NCBI RefSeq assembly: GCF_018350175.1
Contig: NC_058368.1
Coordinates: 228,472,001-228,536,000 of the forward strand
From: Felis catus
Lineage: Eukaryota
Direction of reading: 5' to 3'
DNA length: 64,000 nt
Shown: piece by piece, positions 25,930-39,350 of the stretch
How the letters are laid out: the number at the start of each line of letters is the position of its first letter
How positions within the stretch are numbered: position 1 is the stretch's first letter
Position numbers and translations under genes: made by a program
The notes under the pieces: generated by a model
The model's database searches: none
What the model was told of the DNA's origin: nothing
What the model saw: only the letters and a program-made list of their open reading frames with translations

Positions 25930-26814
25930 TTTCTGCTCATTGTAATCATTTGGTGACCATGGAGGCCATGTCCACATAAAGTGATTGTCTTAAAATTACA
26001 ATTGGATCATCTGTTTTCAACTACTGTTAGCAGACTTATAAATGCAACCTTTTTTGTTTCATTATGTGAACCCTTTCCAGATTTTTCTCTCTGCTCATTT
26101 TTGAATGCTCAATGACAATGGCATTTTCAGGAATGGTGTTATAATCCTTTTCCAACTGTCTTCCTGCTATTAAATGTACAGTACACAAAATACATTCCTC
26201 CAATGTGTTCTCCAGAAAGTAGCTTTGAGCATGACACATCAAAGCAAAACGAGTTTGGCAATCTTAAAGCAACATCTGTTCAGGGATTTTTTCCCCCCTG
26301 CACCATGAGGGGAAAAGGAAGAGAGAAATAAATGTATACTACATGGCACATTTAAAAAAATCAAAGAAAGGTGTTGTGTGAAAAAGGAATAAAAGGCAAC
26401 CCAATACAGAAAAAAATACATGAAGGTATATGTGAGTTTGCCCCAAAGACAAATTCACATTCTATTTCTATTCTGCCTGTGGAGTAGTTATACTGGTGGC
26501 AACAGAAATAAGGGCCACATCACAATGCTTTTCTTGTGTTTCCCTGTCCTCAGTAAGCATCAATTACCATTGGGCAAATGATTTTCTCCCAATACATCTG
26601 AACAGTCATATATTTTCATTATTCTGCACTTTGTTTCGATGGCCAAACTGTAGAGGAAATGCTACGCGTGCCCGCTGTGATGTTCATCGCAGCAACTGCA
26701 CCTGTTAGGAGAACATTTCTGTTTATTACTAACATTTGGCCAACATTGAGGCCATGTCCACATAAGGTGATTGTTTTTAAATTAATATTGGATCATCTGT
26801 CTTCAAATACTGTT
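25930..26814. repeat. Dispersed 99-bp direct repeat (25930-26028 and 26716-26814)
   Basis: Manual ungapped alignment: 17 mismatches in 99 bp, with an 18-bp identical core GAGGCCATGTCCACATAA. Confidence 0.88.
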
Positions 26815-27207
26815 CTCTTTAGTTTTTCTCAAATCTCGCATACACACAAAGTTAGAAAAAAGTGATAGGTGAATGTGTTTTTCAAGCAACACAACCCAGG
26901 AGGATGGATTTGAAAGTGGAATTGTTTTGCTAATGTTCTGGGGCCCCTGTATACCCCCTTCTAATACTCAGAGCTACTTCAGGTTACTCAAAGCTAACTT
27001 CTATTCTTGAATCTTCCTGAGACAATGCAGTTGGGCTTGTCCCAGTGTTTTGTAATCACCCTCTGCCATTCCTTTCCCTCTTCACCTTGCTCCCTCTCAA
27101 CCCCTTCCTCTAAAGCTGAGGGAGGTGAAAAGGAAAGGGAGAGTGAACTGGTGCCAACTTTTCCTTTTTAGAGCTGTTGGTAGCAGAATAGAAGTAAATT
27201 GATATGA

Positions 27208-27315
27208 GGGCGCCTGGCTGGCTCAGTTGGTAGAGTGTGGGACTCTTGATCTTGGGGTGGTAGGTTCGAGTCCCAGGTTGGGTGTAAAGATTACTTAAAA
27301 ATAAAATGTTAAAAA
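27208..27315 (+). mobile_element. Short Can-SINE (tRNA-like head plus tail, no CT repeat)
   Basis: GGGCGCCTGGCTGGCTCAGTTGGTAGAG...GGTTCGAGTCCC (A and B boxes), then ttacttaaaaataaaa; not a functional tRNA. Confidence 0.88.
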
Positions 27316-27599
27316 GAGAATAAACTGACATGGAAGAAAGAGAACAATTAGGTAGATGTGGGGTCTATCACCTCAATATCTACTTAACATACCTACAGAT
27401 ACCTAGTTTCTATCCCTCTATGATTACACGTTTACCAATAACTAGCCAAACGCAAGTTCCTCAAAGCTCAGTTCTACCTCTTGACTGTGTTGCTCTGATT
27501 TGTCCACACTTCTGGAAAAGTATATTTCAGAAATAGAGATCTCCTCACATACCTTCTTTGAATAAAGGTGTTTGATGGATCCCCACTGCTATGGATGAA

Positions 27600-27760
27600 T
27601 GTGAGCTTTGAGTCAGACTTGATCCTGAATTCAAATTCTGTGGTTTACTAGTTTTAGTTAACCTAAAGAAAGCTCCTTTGCATTTCTGAGCATTGGTCTT
27701 CTCAAGTGTAAAATGGGAAAATCATCCCTTCCTCTTAATTTGTGAAATTTGAAATAATAT
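27600..27760. mobile_element. MIR
   Basis: gctttgagtcagac...ttcaaattctg...tgtaaaatggga core. Confidence 0.6.
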
Positions 27761-27835
27761 ACAGTAGCAGCAAGGGTTCAGTAACAACAACTTACGTCAT
27801 CAAGGTCTTCTAATTCCTTCCGACTTTGAACTCTA

Positions 27836-27889
27836 TTTTTTTAAGTTTATTTATTTTGAAAGAGAATGAGAGAGCACTAGGAGGGAAGG

Positions 27890-27932
<43 letters not shown>

Positions 27933-28062
27933 CAGAATCCCCAGCAGGCTCTCTGCTGTCAGCAAGAGCTGGACCCAGGGCTCAATCTCATGAACCGTGA
28001 GATCATGACCCAAGCCAAAACCAAGTATCAGAGCTTAACTGACTGAGCCACCCAGGTGCCCC
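27836..28062 (-). mobile_element. Can-SINE
   Basis: Typical body with (GA)n; 14-bp TSD GACTTTGAACTCTA. Confidence 0.94.
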
Positions 28063-28760
28063 TGACTTTGAACTCTAATCCTGATATGCCTTCTAGTCAA
28101 ACCTTCTGAGAATTAGTCATGCTCATTCTTTAGAAATGAACAAATTTATAACTTCCAAAAATAATGATTCTTGCTAGTATGTTATTTTTTCTATATTTCT
28201 CTTCTCTTCCCCATCCTCCCACCTGTCCCTCACCCATGCATTCAACTCCTGGTCTCCATTTTTCACTGGGAAAATAAGACCCCTGATAAGAAAAAATATG
28301 AGGAACATACTTCATTGAGGAAATAGAGTTTTATTATAGTAGAGCTCTTTATTTTTCCTGCCAAAGATACAAATATAATTTCCCTTATGCACAGATTTTA
28401 GGAGTATAGTTAGTTAGTTCAGGTATAGTTACCCTCCTATTTTGTGAAATGACTGCCTCTGAGCCTTTGGAATACAAATTTTTCCACCTATCCTCTTTGC
28501 CTTTCCAAAGACTGGCCTCCACACTGAGCCCCAGCATCCTGGTGTTTTCTGGATCTTTCCCAATAATATGAAAATACACTCTACCACCTCCCACTAAAGA
28601 AGTTCTTTGGCCTCATATACTTATTGAGTCCTATTTCTCTGCCTCGTGTCCGAGCCGATCTGCAGAAAGGGCTGTCTGTGCTTACCATTCTTCAGCCTTC
28701 ACCTACTCATTTATTGTTTTCGCCTCAACCCACCCTTTTCTTTGTTTCATTTAAAATCTT

Positions 28761-28984
28761 GGGGCGCCTGGGTGGCGCAGTCAGTTAAGCGTCCGACTTC
28801 AGCCAGGTCACGATCTCGCGGTCCGTGAGTTCGAGCCCCGCGTCAGGCTCTGGGCTGATGGCTCGGAGCCTGGAGCCTGTTTCCGATTCTGTGTCTCCCT
28901 CTCTCTCTGCCTCTCCCCCGTTCATGCTCTGTCTCTCTCTGTCCCCCCCCCCAAAAAAAAAGTTGAAAAAAAAATAAAAAAAAA
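28761..28984 (+). mobile_element. Can-SINE (SINEC_Fc type), very young copy
   Basis: Near-consensus, CpG-rich; TSD AAAATCTT. Confidence 0.95.
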
Positions 28985-29169
28985 TCTTTATTAAATGTTT
29001 ATTATGTATCAGCATTTGGATACCAAGGTGAAAGGTACTACTTCTGTCTTCTAAGATATCTTAGTTTAGTGATAAAATAGATGGGACCATATTATAATAA
29101 ATATTCTACTATGTATTGAATGGAAGTGTCCACTGAATGTCAATTTATAAACTCTGCCCTGCTTCTCAC

Positions 29170-29350
29170 TTTTTTTTTGGAGATATAACTGATATGTACC
29201 ATAGAGTAGACATTGAGACATGTTAAGGTGTACAGTATATTGATGTGATACATTTATGTTGTACTATGATTGCCATTGTAGCATTGGCTGACACCTCTAT
29301 CTCATCACATGATTATCATTTCTTCTCGTGGTGGGAACAGTGAAATCTGC
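29170..29350 (-). mobile_element. L1 3' end fragment
   Basis: ttttttttggagatataactgata...aaggtgtacag...tgatacat motif of L1M-type 3' UTRs. Confidence 0.6.
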
Positions 29351-29645
29351 TCTTAATTTGGCTTTGGCCCTCAGTGAAACGGAGCTTGCCCAGGTCATCA
29401 AAAAACTTTGTTGCTAAATCTAGCGGGCACTTCTCTATCTTTGTGTTACCTGACTTCTCACAAGCTTGAGACACAGCTCTTTGAAATATCTCTACTCTGT
29501 TTCCATGGCACCAAACTATCTTGAATTTTGAGTATCTTGAATACCTAATTACTGGCTCTTTTCCCCTCTCCTTGTCATGCCTATTTCCTATGCAATCCTA
29601 GCTGATCATGTTGTGTGCCTTTGCTTCAAGGTTCCCTTCTCTATT

Positions 29646-29879
29646 CTTTTTTTAATATTTCTTTCTTTCTTTCTTTCTTTCTTTCTTTTTTTTTTTTGAG
29701 AGAGAGACAGAGCATGAGTTGGGGAGGGGCAGAGAGAGAGAAGGAGACACAGAATACAAAGCAGGCTCCAGGCTCTGAGCTGTCAGCACAGAGCCGAATG
29801 CGGGGCTCCAACCCACACTGTGAGATTATGACCTGAGTCAATGTTGGACACTTAACTGACTGAGCCACCCAGGTGCCCC
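29646..29879 (-). mobile_element. Can-SINE, probably within an L2 remnant
   Basis: Typical body, (TTTC)n tail. Confidence 0.93.
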
Positions 29880-31769
29880 AGTTTTTTTCTCTATGTAACA
29901 TCCTCATCTGTTCATGTGTCTTTACATATCATACTACCTATGACTTCCAAATAGATTTCTCCTTTCCCAATCTAGCTCCTGACCTATCTTATATATCTAA
30001 CTTATATAGCCTTGTCTTATTCCATGCTCTCTTTCTCCTTAACCTGCTCTAAATATAGGTCTCCTGGCCTCCTTTCAGTTCCTTGTACTTGCTAGTCTGA
30101 TTCCTCTCCCAAAGATTTGGTTTTGTCATGTTGCTCCAATGGGGAATATACTGCTCTGAGAGACAATTCTCCCTGCGTTCCTCACGTTTCTGCACACCTC
30201 ATAATAAGAAGCACTGCCTATCATCTCAAGGATGTTTGTATAGCTTGGAAAATAGAGGTACTGTCTCTCTGTGCAGCACAGAGCAAATTTGTTTGCTGTC
30301 CAGCATAATAAAGACAATATACTCCTCACTGGCCAAGGAAACTTTGCAGTACTTTATTTAAAAAAATTGGGTTCTGTGACACCAGCCTGTTGTGTGTATA
30401 GTATCCTCCTGTGCCCTTCTGCATTGCCTCCATGGGATTTGCCAGGAGTAATAATATCCTTTGTTTCTGATCCAGGAGTCTCCAATCTTCTGCCAGCATC
30501 CATCAAACCATGGTTACCTTGCAACCTGTTAGCTTGCAAGTAGGGTAATTTCAGACTCTTCACACAGCTCTTGATAGGCTTTGACAATTTCAAAAAAAAA
30601 ATTACAGAAACATTATTTGTTTCTGTAAAAATATTCACTTCAGGGTCCTTTCCAAGGGCACATTTAAGTTAGGTGTGACATTATATGATTTGCAATAGTT
30701 CCCAAATATTCTCCTTCCCCTTTTTTCCAAACATCACATGCGCTCTTTTCAGGAATACATGTCATCATATATACTCATATGTCTAGGAAAATATGTCAAG
30801 GAAGACAATAACCTACTTTGCAAAAATTGCTGCAGTCTGTAAATTAGTGTCAACAGAGCAAGAGGTTTTCCATATACTTCTCCATTGGTTCTGCACCAGT
30901 ATCTGCAGAAGGCTCTGCATAGTTTATTATGCATTTAGTATGATACCAAAATAATTCACTCTATATTTAATGGAATCAAGTAGGTCATTTTCACATACAC
31001 ATGAAAATATATACATTTATATATTTTTGCTCTCGAAATTAATTATTTTGAAAGTATAATTGGCTCTTATGTATATTTTTACGGTGTGCTTTTAAAATTA
31101 CAATGGTAATTTTATCTTTCACAGGCAAATAAATTATGGCTTTCATTTCTGGGGTTCAAAGAAAACTTTTAAGTATATCCATTTGCTAAATAGGAAGCTT
31201 GGAACAACTGAACCTCAATAAATATAGCTCTTATTACTAAGTATTCCTTTGGAATTGGTTTGACACAAAATTTTGACAAACATCTCTATTTTTTTTTTTC
31301 AGGCTAATGGTAAAAGTTGAGTTCAGAATTTAAGAAAGACAAATTTTTCTCATCCTTTCAGGTCTAACTCAAAAGATACCTCTTCCCTAAAACTCCCAGT
31401 CCTCCTACATGAACAAATGACTGCTTTTCACTGCTCTGGTATCCACTAGATTTTGTCTGCCTTTATTTAATAGAGTATGCAAACAAATATAAACAAGTTG
31501 AAGTGGCATAAGCAAGACAGACACTTCTTTCCATGAGTAGCGTGGTTGTTCTGTAATCACCAGGGGCTCAGGCTATTCACCAATTACTGTTTTCAGCATG
31601 TGGATTTCTTCCTTTATGTTACTTCAGGTGCAAGATGGCTTCTGTAACTCTGGCCATTATATTCCCATTCTGAGGATTCAGCAGAGGGGAAAGAGCTATT
31701 TTCAAGAGACTTTTTTGGAATTCTTGTAGAAGAGTTGCTTATACTCCATCCACCAGACATTGGTCACAT

Positions 31770-32119
31770 GATAGCTTAGGCTGCTAAAACAAAAATAGCA
31801 CAGCCTGAAATGGTTAAGCAACAGACACTTATGGCTGGGAAGTCTAAGATTAAGGCACTGGTAGATTTGGTGTCTAGTAGGACTCTCTACCTATTTTATA
31901 GATGGCTATCTTCTCATTGTGTCCTCACATGTTAAGAGGGCTGAGGGAGCTCTCTGGGTTCTCTTTTATAAGGGTACTACTAATCTCATTTATAGATAGG
32001 GGCTCAACTCTCATGACGTCATCACCTCCCAAAGTCTCCACTTCCAATACCATCACCTGGGAGGTTAGGATTTCAAAAATAATTTTTTTGAGGGCGGTGT
32101 CACAAACATTTGCACTACA
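31770..32119 (-). mobile_element. MLT1 solo LTR, apparently nested in an older MLT1 (about 31470-32250)
   Basis: ggctgggaagtctaagattaaggcactgg...tgtgtcctcacat...ttttataagggtact...ccaataccatcac; flanks ggtcacatg / ggctgctgtagctacaaaggagactggg look like a split older MaLR LTR. Confidence 0.75.
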
Positions 32120-35100
32120 ACACGTGGCTGCTGTAGCTACAAAGGAGACTGGGCGACAATTATTCTGGGGTGCTATATATTCAGCTAAAAATTGGACTCT
32201 GTTAGTCAGGGAGAAAAAACCGATAGCTGAGTAGAGAATTACCAATCTCAACTATATACTCCCTATTTCTTATGTTATCTTGCCTGATCATAATTAGCTT
32301 TAACATGAATGCCACCATCACTGGAAAACTTTAAGTTCCTTGGAGGAATTAATTGTACATTATTTATCCTACTTCCCCCCATCTAGCACCGTCTTGTCCT
32401 GTAATTCATCCCCAACCAATATATACTGACTCTGATAGCATTTATTGAGCAACACAGGCTACCATATACCCATTTTTAGAAAAATCATTTTAAATTGCCT
32501 TTAATAAACTATATAATTCCCATAGTAAAAGCTTATGAGGATACTTTTTACATTTGAAACTTCATTTAAGTCAACCCCAGATGAATCATTTACTAGACAC
32601 TTGAACAAATTTTGAGTGTAAGCACAGAATTGATATTCCTCAATTCCTTAATGAATCAGCTACCTCACAAAATATTTATCCAGCATTTTTCCTTGCTGGG
32701 TATTGTGGCAGGCCATTTGGTATACAAAGATTGGTGGCATAATCCCTGCTCTCAAAGAACTCACAACCAAGTGGACTACTGTTGCATGCAGGAATATCAT
32801 TGCCCGTTATACTCTACATATGGCACAGGTTTTCAATACCTTTACATTCTGATGTGAGTAATTTTCTTTTGTAATATATTCCTTTGATTGCCTCCATAGA
32901 AAAATTAATGACCCTTTGAGCAGAGAGAGAAAGAGAGGATTAACCCACACTTTTTGAAAAAATCCATTCCAGGAAAAAACTGAGATAAATGGATATAGTT
33001 TAATTATAAAATAAAGATTTTTTAAAAAGACTCCTTTACTCTATAATTTCTTCTGTGGGATTGTTGAATTTCTTTTTATCACCATGTAAGATTTCTCCCA
33101 ACAGGATATTTTTTAAAGTATAAAAGAGTCTGCTTCAACATCTTGTAAGACTTCATTGAAACTTGTTACCTATTTTTTTCAGGTTAGTATTAACATTGCC
33201 ATTGTTCCAAACTGCTTATATGACATTTTTTCCCTATTGAAAACGTATTTATTTATTCTGTTGCAGTGCTAAATTTGTTTAGTCTCATTGTGGATTTCAG
33301 CCCATGCATATTTACTAATAACCTTGTATAGTGGATGTTATGACATGGCATCCAGATTCCAAGACACTCATTTTCTCAGTTTCTAAAATGTGGCTGCTTG
33401 CCAACGGTTCACAACTGAGTCCCTATACAGTATTGCCTGAAGCTGAAGGGAATGGCCTCATGGAAGTTGTGTGCACTCCCAAAGGGAGGTTCACATGAAA
33501 TGTCTTAATGATAGAAGGTCTTCAAAGGCCTTGCCCTCTGTATTTGAATGAGGACATTTTTAAGGGCATATAAACTCCAGAGATTTCTGTGGGTTGGGCT
33601 AAGCTTTCTATTTTAACTGTTATACTGTAATGGTGCAATGGTAAAACTTTCACCAGTATTGAATTGAGATGGAATGCAGTTGAAAGGAGTTCAGTGGTTT
33701 TAGAAATAGGGATTTGAGATGCTTAGGATGATTAATAATAATAGGACCATAGAATAGAATGGCCCATGCTGGGTGCTACTGATGTATTAGAGAAAGAAAA
33801 AATTAAGCACTTAGGGTGGTTAATTACCCATTTGGGTTCAAGTGTGAAATTCCCACAGCCTTCCTGAGAACATAAACAGTCTCACATTCTGGAATCCAAG
33901 GGCAGAAAAAACTAAGGATCAGTCTCAGAACTTAATTATAAGGGCTCCCGGGCTCTAGAGAAGGTTAAATTCCAAACTCAGAAAGTCTGCTATGCCAGTG
34001 ATAGCAATTTGATAAGGAGAGGACTCTGAGACTTGCAATGGAGACATCCGTGCTGATGTGCCTGACAATCTTGAATTCCTCGTTTTTCTTGACTGTTGTA
34101 GAACTGAAGAAATGATCTATTTCTCTGTGTTAAAGCCTGCATTACTGAAGATGATGCAAGAGCATATTCCTTGCAAGAGAACATGTGTCCTTTCCATCCT
34201 CTACTAGGGTCTACCTCCACCTCCCTTCTAGCCAACAGACCAAAAGCTGAGGCTAAGTCACAGTATAACTCAACAAGGCACTGCTGCACCTGCTAAATGA
34301 GAAAATAGACTCTACCCCGAATCAGGCTATAGGAAATCGACAATATAGCAGCCAGAAGAAAATGTACTGAGCTGGATGCTAAAAGGCTGGATCAAAGTAG
34401 AAGGAAGAACAGAACATAAAGTTAGATAAGAGAGGATATATTGAGGACCTTCCCATGGACAGGACTTAAATACCTGGAAAGGATACCAGGAGATGGTGCC
34501 AACATGATTTCTATGTCAGCTGTTGAAAGCTAAGTAGGAACGCCAGAATTCTGTGAGAATAGTGGAAGAAAGGAATAAAAATCTCAGATAAGTGGGGCTT
34601 GTAGAGAGGATATGCTATAAATAACTGGAAAATCTATTAGCTATCCATGCTAATGGATGGCATGAAGGCACTTAGATTTGTCAAGCTATGAAGTATGTGC
34701 TGGTGGGAGGAGAACCAACATTGTGGAGAAGCCCATTGGTGACTGTAGTCAGAACACCAGAGATGATAAGAGAGATGTTCTTACAGAACTGGACTCCCTA
34801 ATAGCAATGGGGATGATATGATGATAGAAAATAAGAGAAGACAGATGGCAGAACTTAACTGCCAAAACCAACACGGGGACAATGATAATCAAAAAGGCAA
34901 AGTTGATGTGGTGCTCAGGGGTCCCTGGCCAACAAAGAACAATGAAGATGGTTATTAGAAGAAAGCAACTCTAAGAGTAAAATAAGTGACCATTGTGTTC
35001 AAGGTCTTGGTAAGACACATTTACTCCAGAGGTATGAAGATAAGCCATATGACAAATAAGGGAGCCATCACATTATTGAAGTTTTAAGGATTTCAGTTGT

Positions 35101-36019
35101 CTGGGATATACTGAAACATATGAAGTAAAAGACAAATATCTGCACCTCATGCCTCCAACTCTAAGAGACAGACAAAAACAAACAAACAAACAAACACAAT
35201 GACAACTAAGGATTTAAGATCTGGAGATAGTATTTCCTACAACTTAGAAATATTGCTGTGACCCACTGCCAGTGACAAGTGAGACTACTGTCTCTGAGTG
35301 GGGTCAGAACAAAAAAAGTGTTCTGCAGCCAGTCCAAGTTACAGTATCAGCAGACCTGCCATTACAGCCATATAATCTGGCCAATCCTATGGTATTAGAT
35401 GTGTCTGTGATGGAAAAAAATGTGTTGAATTTAAATATGTAGAATCCTCCAGTAGGATTACCTTAGATCCAGTAGATTTCCTGAGGAAAGAGCTTGCATT
35501 TTTCAATGGAAAGTTATACACTCTTCAAAGCTCCTGATTTGGTAGAAATAAGAAACTAACCATGTGCATCCAAAGGCTCCCACAAAAGTTGGGATCCAGG
35601 AGACACCCTAAGTCATAAGATCATGCTGGTCTAGAATATCTTGGTAAGGTGAAAGCAATACAACTCATATAATGTACAGGCTATGACAGAAGGCACCAAT
35701 AAAGTCATTGAGCAAGGATCCCAGTCCCCTATATCATCTATGACTATTGCACAGGTACTTTTCCTTTAGCTCACACCTGTGGCCACGGGGGGGGGGGGGG
35801 GCGGTTCTTGTGACCATCGAACTGAATAAGAAAAAAGTCAAAATTCATGGATAGATAAGTATTGTAATTTGGTGCAAACCCAAAATGGACTGTTGCTGCA
35901 CTACAGCTCCTGTCTGATATGGTCCTAAAAATGGCAATCAAGGAAAATATTCTTAATGATGAGAACTTTGTGAGGCATTATGATAATCTGCTTTGTCTGG
36001 AAAAAGAAAGATCGCAAAG

Positions 36020-36900
36020 GCAGAGTCTGTACAGACCCAAGAGCAGTGGTGAACGGCTTCACTGGCTGTTCATGGGCTTTGAGGGATCAAAACTGGTGTG
36101 TCAAGGACAAAGACATCCTGTGAAGTCATGCGGATCTACCTATGGGAGTGGGTATAAAATGTGAAGGTCTTAGGATCGCATGTTTATCTTCCATTGGAAA
36201 GCATTAATCTAGAAGAGGCACTTAATGACAAGGATGGAAGAATTTGGCCAGATATGCCAGGCAGCTCTAATATTGCCCACTCCAGTGGTAGCACAATTGG
36301 CACATGAACAGATTAGCCATTGTGGCAGAGAAAGAGGCAATGCATAGGCCCAACAATATAAGCTTTCACTCACCAAGTCTGATCTAGTTAATTCTCCAGT
36401 GAGTGTCCGATTGGCTAGAAACAGAGATCAGTGTTGAGCCCCTGAGAGGGCTCTGTTCTTTGAGAAGACCAATTAGCCATTTGTGGCAAGTTTATTGCAA
36501 TGTATTTGTTCCATCCTGGAAGGGACAGCAATTGGTATTGAATGGAGCCAATATACATATTTCAGGTATGTGTTTCTCTTTCCCACCCATACCGCCTGAG
36601 CCAGCACCACTCCCTGAGGGCTCACAGAGGATTTGATCCACTAATGCAGGACCCTGTTTAATATTACATTGGACCAAGAGATAAAATCTGCAGCAAAGGA
36701 AATGTGACAGAAAGCATACACTGGTTCTATTGCATGTTACACCATTCAGAAGCTGGGGTCTGGAACAGATTTTGAAGATGCAGATACCCTGTGATAATGG
36801 GGTGCTATCCTCCCTCTAGAATATAGTACCAAACGGTCAACTAAATTAGTGACACATTGTATGGTACTGTGTCCCCAATAGACAGAATACATAGTCTCAG
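36020..36900 (+). pseudogene. pol: ERV-L pol remnant (RNase H / integrase)
   Basis: From 36291: AQLAHEQISHCGRERGNA*AQQYKLSLTKSDL, matching recalled ERV-L integrase N-terminus AQWAHEQSGHGGRDGGYAWAQQHGLPLTKADL; many stops and frameshifts; limits approximate. Confidence 0.75.
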
Positions 36901-37048
36901 AATCAAATGTGGAGATAAAATTGGCTAGCTTATCATAGCTCCCAATGATCCTCTTGGGGAATTTGTATGTTTCAGCCACATACCTGTAGGCTTTGTAGGG
37001 TAAAACCTCTTCTTCCTGTGGGGGAAATCTACTAGTTGGCAAAACGAG

Positions 37049-37200
37049 GTGCCATTAAATTTTAAGCAATGCCTACTACCCATCCCTTTGAGTTTCTTGT
37101 GCCAAAGGACCAGTAGGCAAGGAAAAGTATGATCATTCTTTAAGAGTTATTGACTCTGAATATCAAAAGTACACAGGACTGCTATTATATAGTAAGGGAA
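37049..37200 (+). pseudogene. ERV-L dUTPase remnant
   Basis: VPLNFKQCL../FEFLVPKDQ*ARKSMIIL*RVIDSEYQ versus recalled ERV-L IPLNWKLRLPPGHFGLLLPLSQQAKKGVTVLAGVIDPDYQ; located after integrase as expected for ERV-L. Confidence 0.7.
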
Positions 37201-37211
37201 GACAGACTATA

Positions 37212-37654
37212 TGGTAGTCCTCCCTTATCTTCAGTTTTACTTATTGTGGTTTTAGCTACCCATGGTAAACCGTGGTATGAAAGCAGATGATCCTCTGAAG
37301 GTCAATAGTAGCCTAAAGCCACATCACAATGCCTATGTCATTCACCTTGCTTGATATCATCATGTAGGCATTTTGTCATCTCACATCATCATCATCAGAA
37401 GTAAGATGAGGACAGTACAAGGTATTTTAAGAGAGAAACAGAGAGACTATATTCATCTAACTTTAATTACAGTATATTATCATAATCATTCTGTTTTACT
37501 ATTAGTTCTTACTACTAATCTCTTACTGTGCCTAATTTATAAATTCAACTTTATCATAGGTATGTATGTACAGGGAAAAAGAGTTATATAGGGTTGGTAC
37601 TATGAATGATTTCAGGCATCCACTGGGGGCCTGGGAATAAGGGGGAAATCACTG
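37212..37654 (+). mobile_element. MER44 (Tigger-derived MITE) nested in ERV-L
   Basis: Degenerate TIRs tggtagtcctcccttat ... ataagggggaaatcactg, TA on both sides; internal ctaatctcttactgtgcctaatttataaatt. Confidence 0.85.
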
Positions 37655-38047
37655 TATTTGGCATCCACATGGCTCACCAAAATTTTCCTTTGAAATCCCC
37701 TCCCAGTGGAGAAACCCTCCTGATCTCATAAGGGCACAGAGTCTAGTAGTTCCCAACTTCTCAGGAATAAGAGTAGAGGTCAATTCATTTGGCAAGCTAT
37801 GTGGGCTAGGAACACTGCTCACGAAGGATAAAATGAAGTCTAGAATGGATAATAGAGGAGGAAGATGATGAATACTGGTTGCAGGTCTGTGACCAGCAGC
37901 AGCATAGGCTGTAGCTTATCCCAGTATCTTTTCTATTACAATTTTTTTCCCAGGAAAAGAGACAAGTTTGAACCTTGAAGGACGTATTCCCTGATAAAGT
38001 TAACATATTTATGAAGCAAGTAGCAATTAACCGTGCAAGGAGTGGAC

Positions 38048-38500
38048 TGTAGTGGGTGATGTGACATACTGTTCATATCGCTCTCTCAGAACAAAGGTGC
38101 TCATTCATCAGCTGCTGAGAGTGATGGCTGCCAAGGTTCCAAACTGAGTCCATCTTGGAGATTTGCCCTTTGCCAAAGGAGATGCTTCTTCTAAGGCTAT
38201 GCTCCTCCCCAGGGGTAGCCTATATCCAATGACTGGTCTATAAGATCAAACTTCTGATTCCTTCTGTAGGCTTTGAGAATGTCAATGGGAAGCAATCCTG
38301 AAGGATCATTCTAGTCCCATAGCTCTCCATGCGATCAGTTGAGGCCTTTATTGTGCCTAAATATGAATTCAATTTCTCTCACTGCCCATCCATGTTTACT
38401 TCATTCCCTCACAGCTGTTGCTGCAAAGAACACTCCTTAATAAAATTCCTCCATGCAAGTCTTCATTTCAGTCTGTTCCTGGGGAATTCCAATGATAGCA
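38048..38500 (+). mobile_element. 3' LTR (LTR16 family)
   Basis: TGT start; ends aataaaattcctccatgcaagtc...ctgttcctggggaattcc...gca. Confidence 0.78.
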
Positions 38501-38515
38501 CTTTATTCTCTCTCT

Positions 38516-38518
<3 letters not shown>

Positions 38519-38560
<42 letters not shown>
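38519..38560. repeat. (GT)n microsatellite
   Basis: Read directly. Confidence 0.95.
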
Positions 38561-38564
<4 letters not shown>

Positions 38565-39350
38565 TTCTATTATACCTCATTTCTATAATACCTCATTATT
38601 ATTTCTATTTAGTCTAATAGCTAATAATAGTTCACTATTCTATTTTACAGTATATATTCTTGTTGCAAATTAAGCATGGAGCATGCATGTTCTATAATTT
38701 AGATCTTTTTCCTCATTGTACATTCTTGGTTCAGTACTCCCCCTTAGTTAACAGACTAATCCTATGGGAAACATTTTATCTGATTTGTGCTTTTCTGAAG
38801 AACCCTAATTTATGATAGTTGCATTATATTATCTATTAGGATTATCTATCATTTTCTAATAAATGTAGGGGTCAAATTCCTTCAATTTTAGCCTATAAAA
38901 CAAATTTTTTAAACTCATGCAGTTATTACTCTTCTGCTTCAGTGCAGGTTTCATTAAATGCATAAATCAAACATGTCTTTTTGTAGGATAGAGAAAATCA
39001 GGATTCAAGTAAGTAAAATATTGCTTTTGGTAGGAGTGACAAGTTTCCTATCCATTGTCTTGATCAATTTTCACATACCAGAATGGCCTCATCCAATTCC
39101 CAGTTCTACCCAGTACCTTGTTTATCTATCTATCCAATTAAAATGTATCCATGCCCCCAAAACATATGATGTTGGTGACAACAAAGTTCATTAGTTATGG
39201 TAATTTATAAGAGAGAAGTATGGGATTTTTTATAATTCTTCCCCAGGAGCATGTTTGTGCCAAAACCCTGAACACACAACAGAGAACACCCAATGAGAGA
39301 ACCGTCAATCTCAGGCAGATCTCCATGTTTGCGTGTCGGTCTGGAAGGGG

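Larger units (their letters stand above)
33325..38500 (+). mobile_element. Ancient ERV-L provirus with LTR16-type LTRs (ERV3-16A3-like internal region)
   Basis: Two homologous LTR starts (tgtatagtggatg at 33325; tgtagtgggtgatg at 38048 after PPT-like aaggagtggac), both containing ggttc..aactgagtcc; internal pol and dUTPase remnants. Confidence 0.8.

Noticed and set aside
27208..27290. tRNA gene
   Set aside because: It is the tRNA-derived head of a short Can-SINE with an A-rich tail and degenerate TSD.
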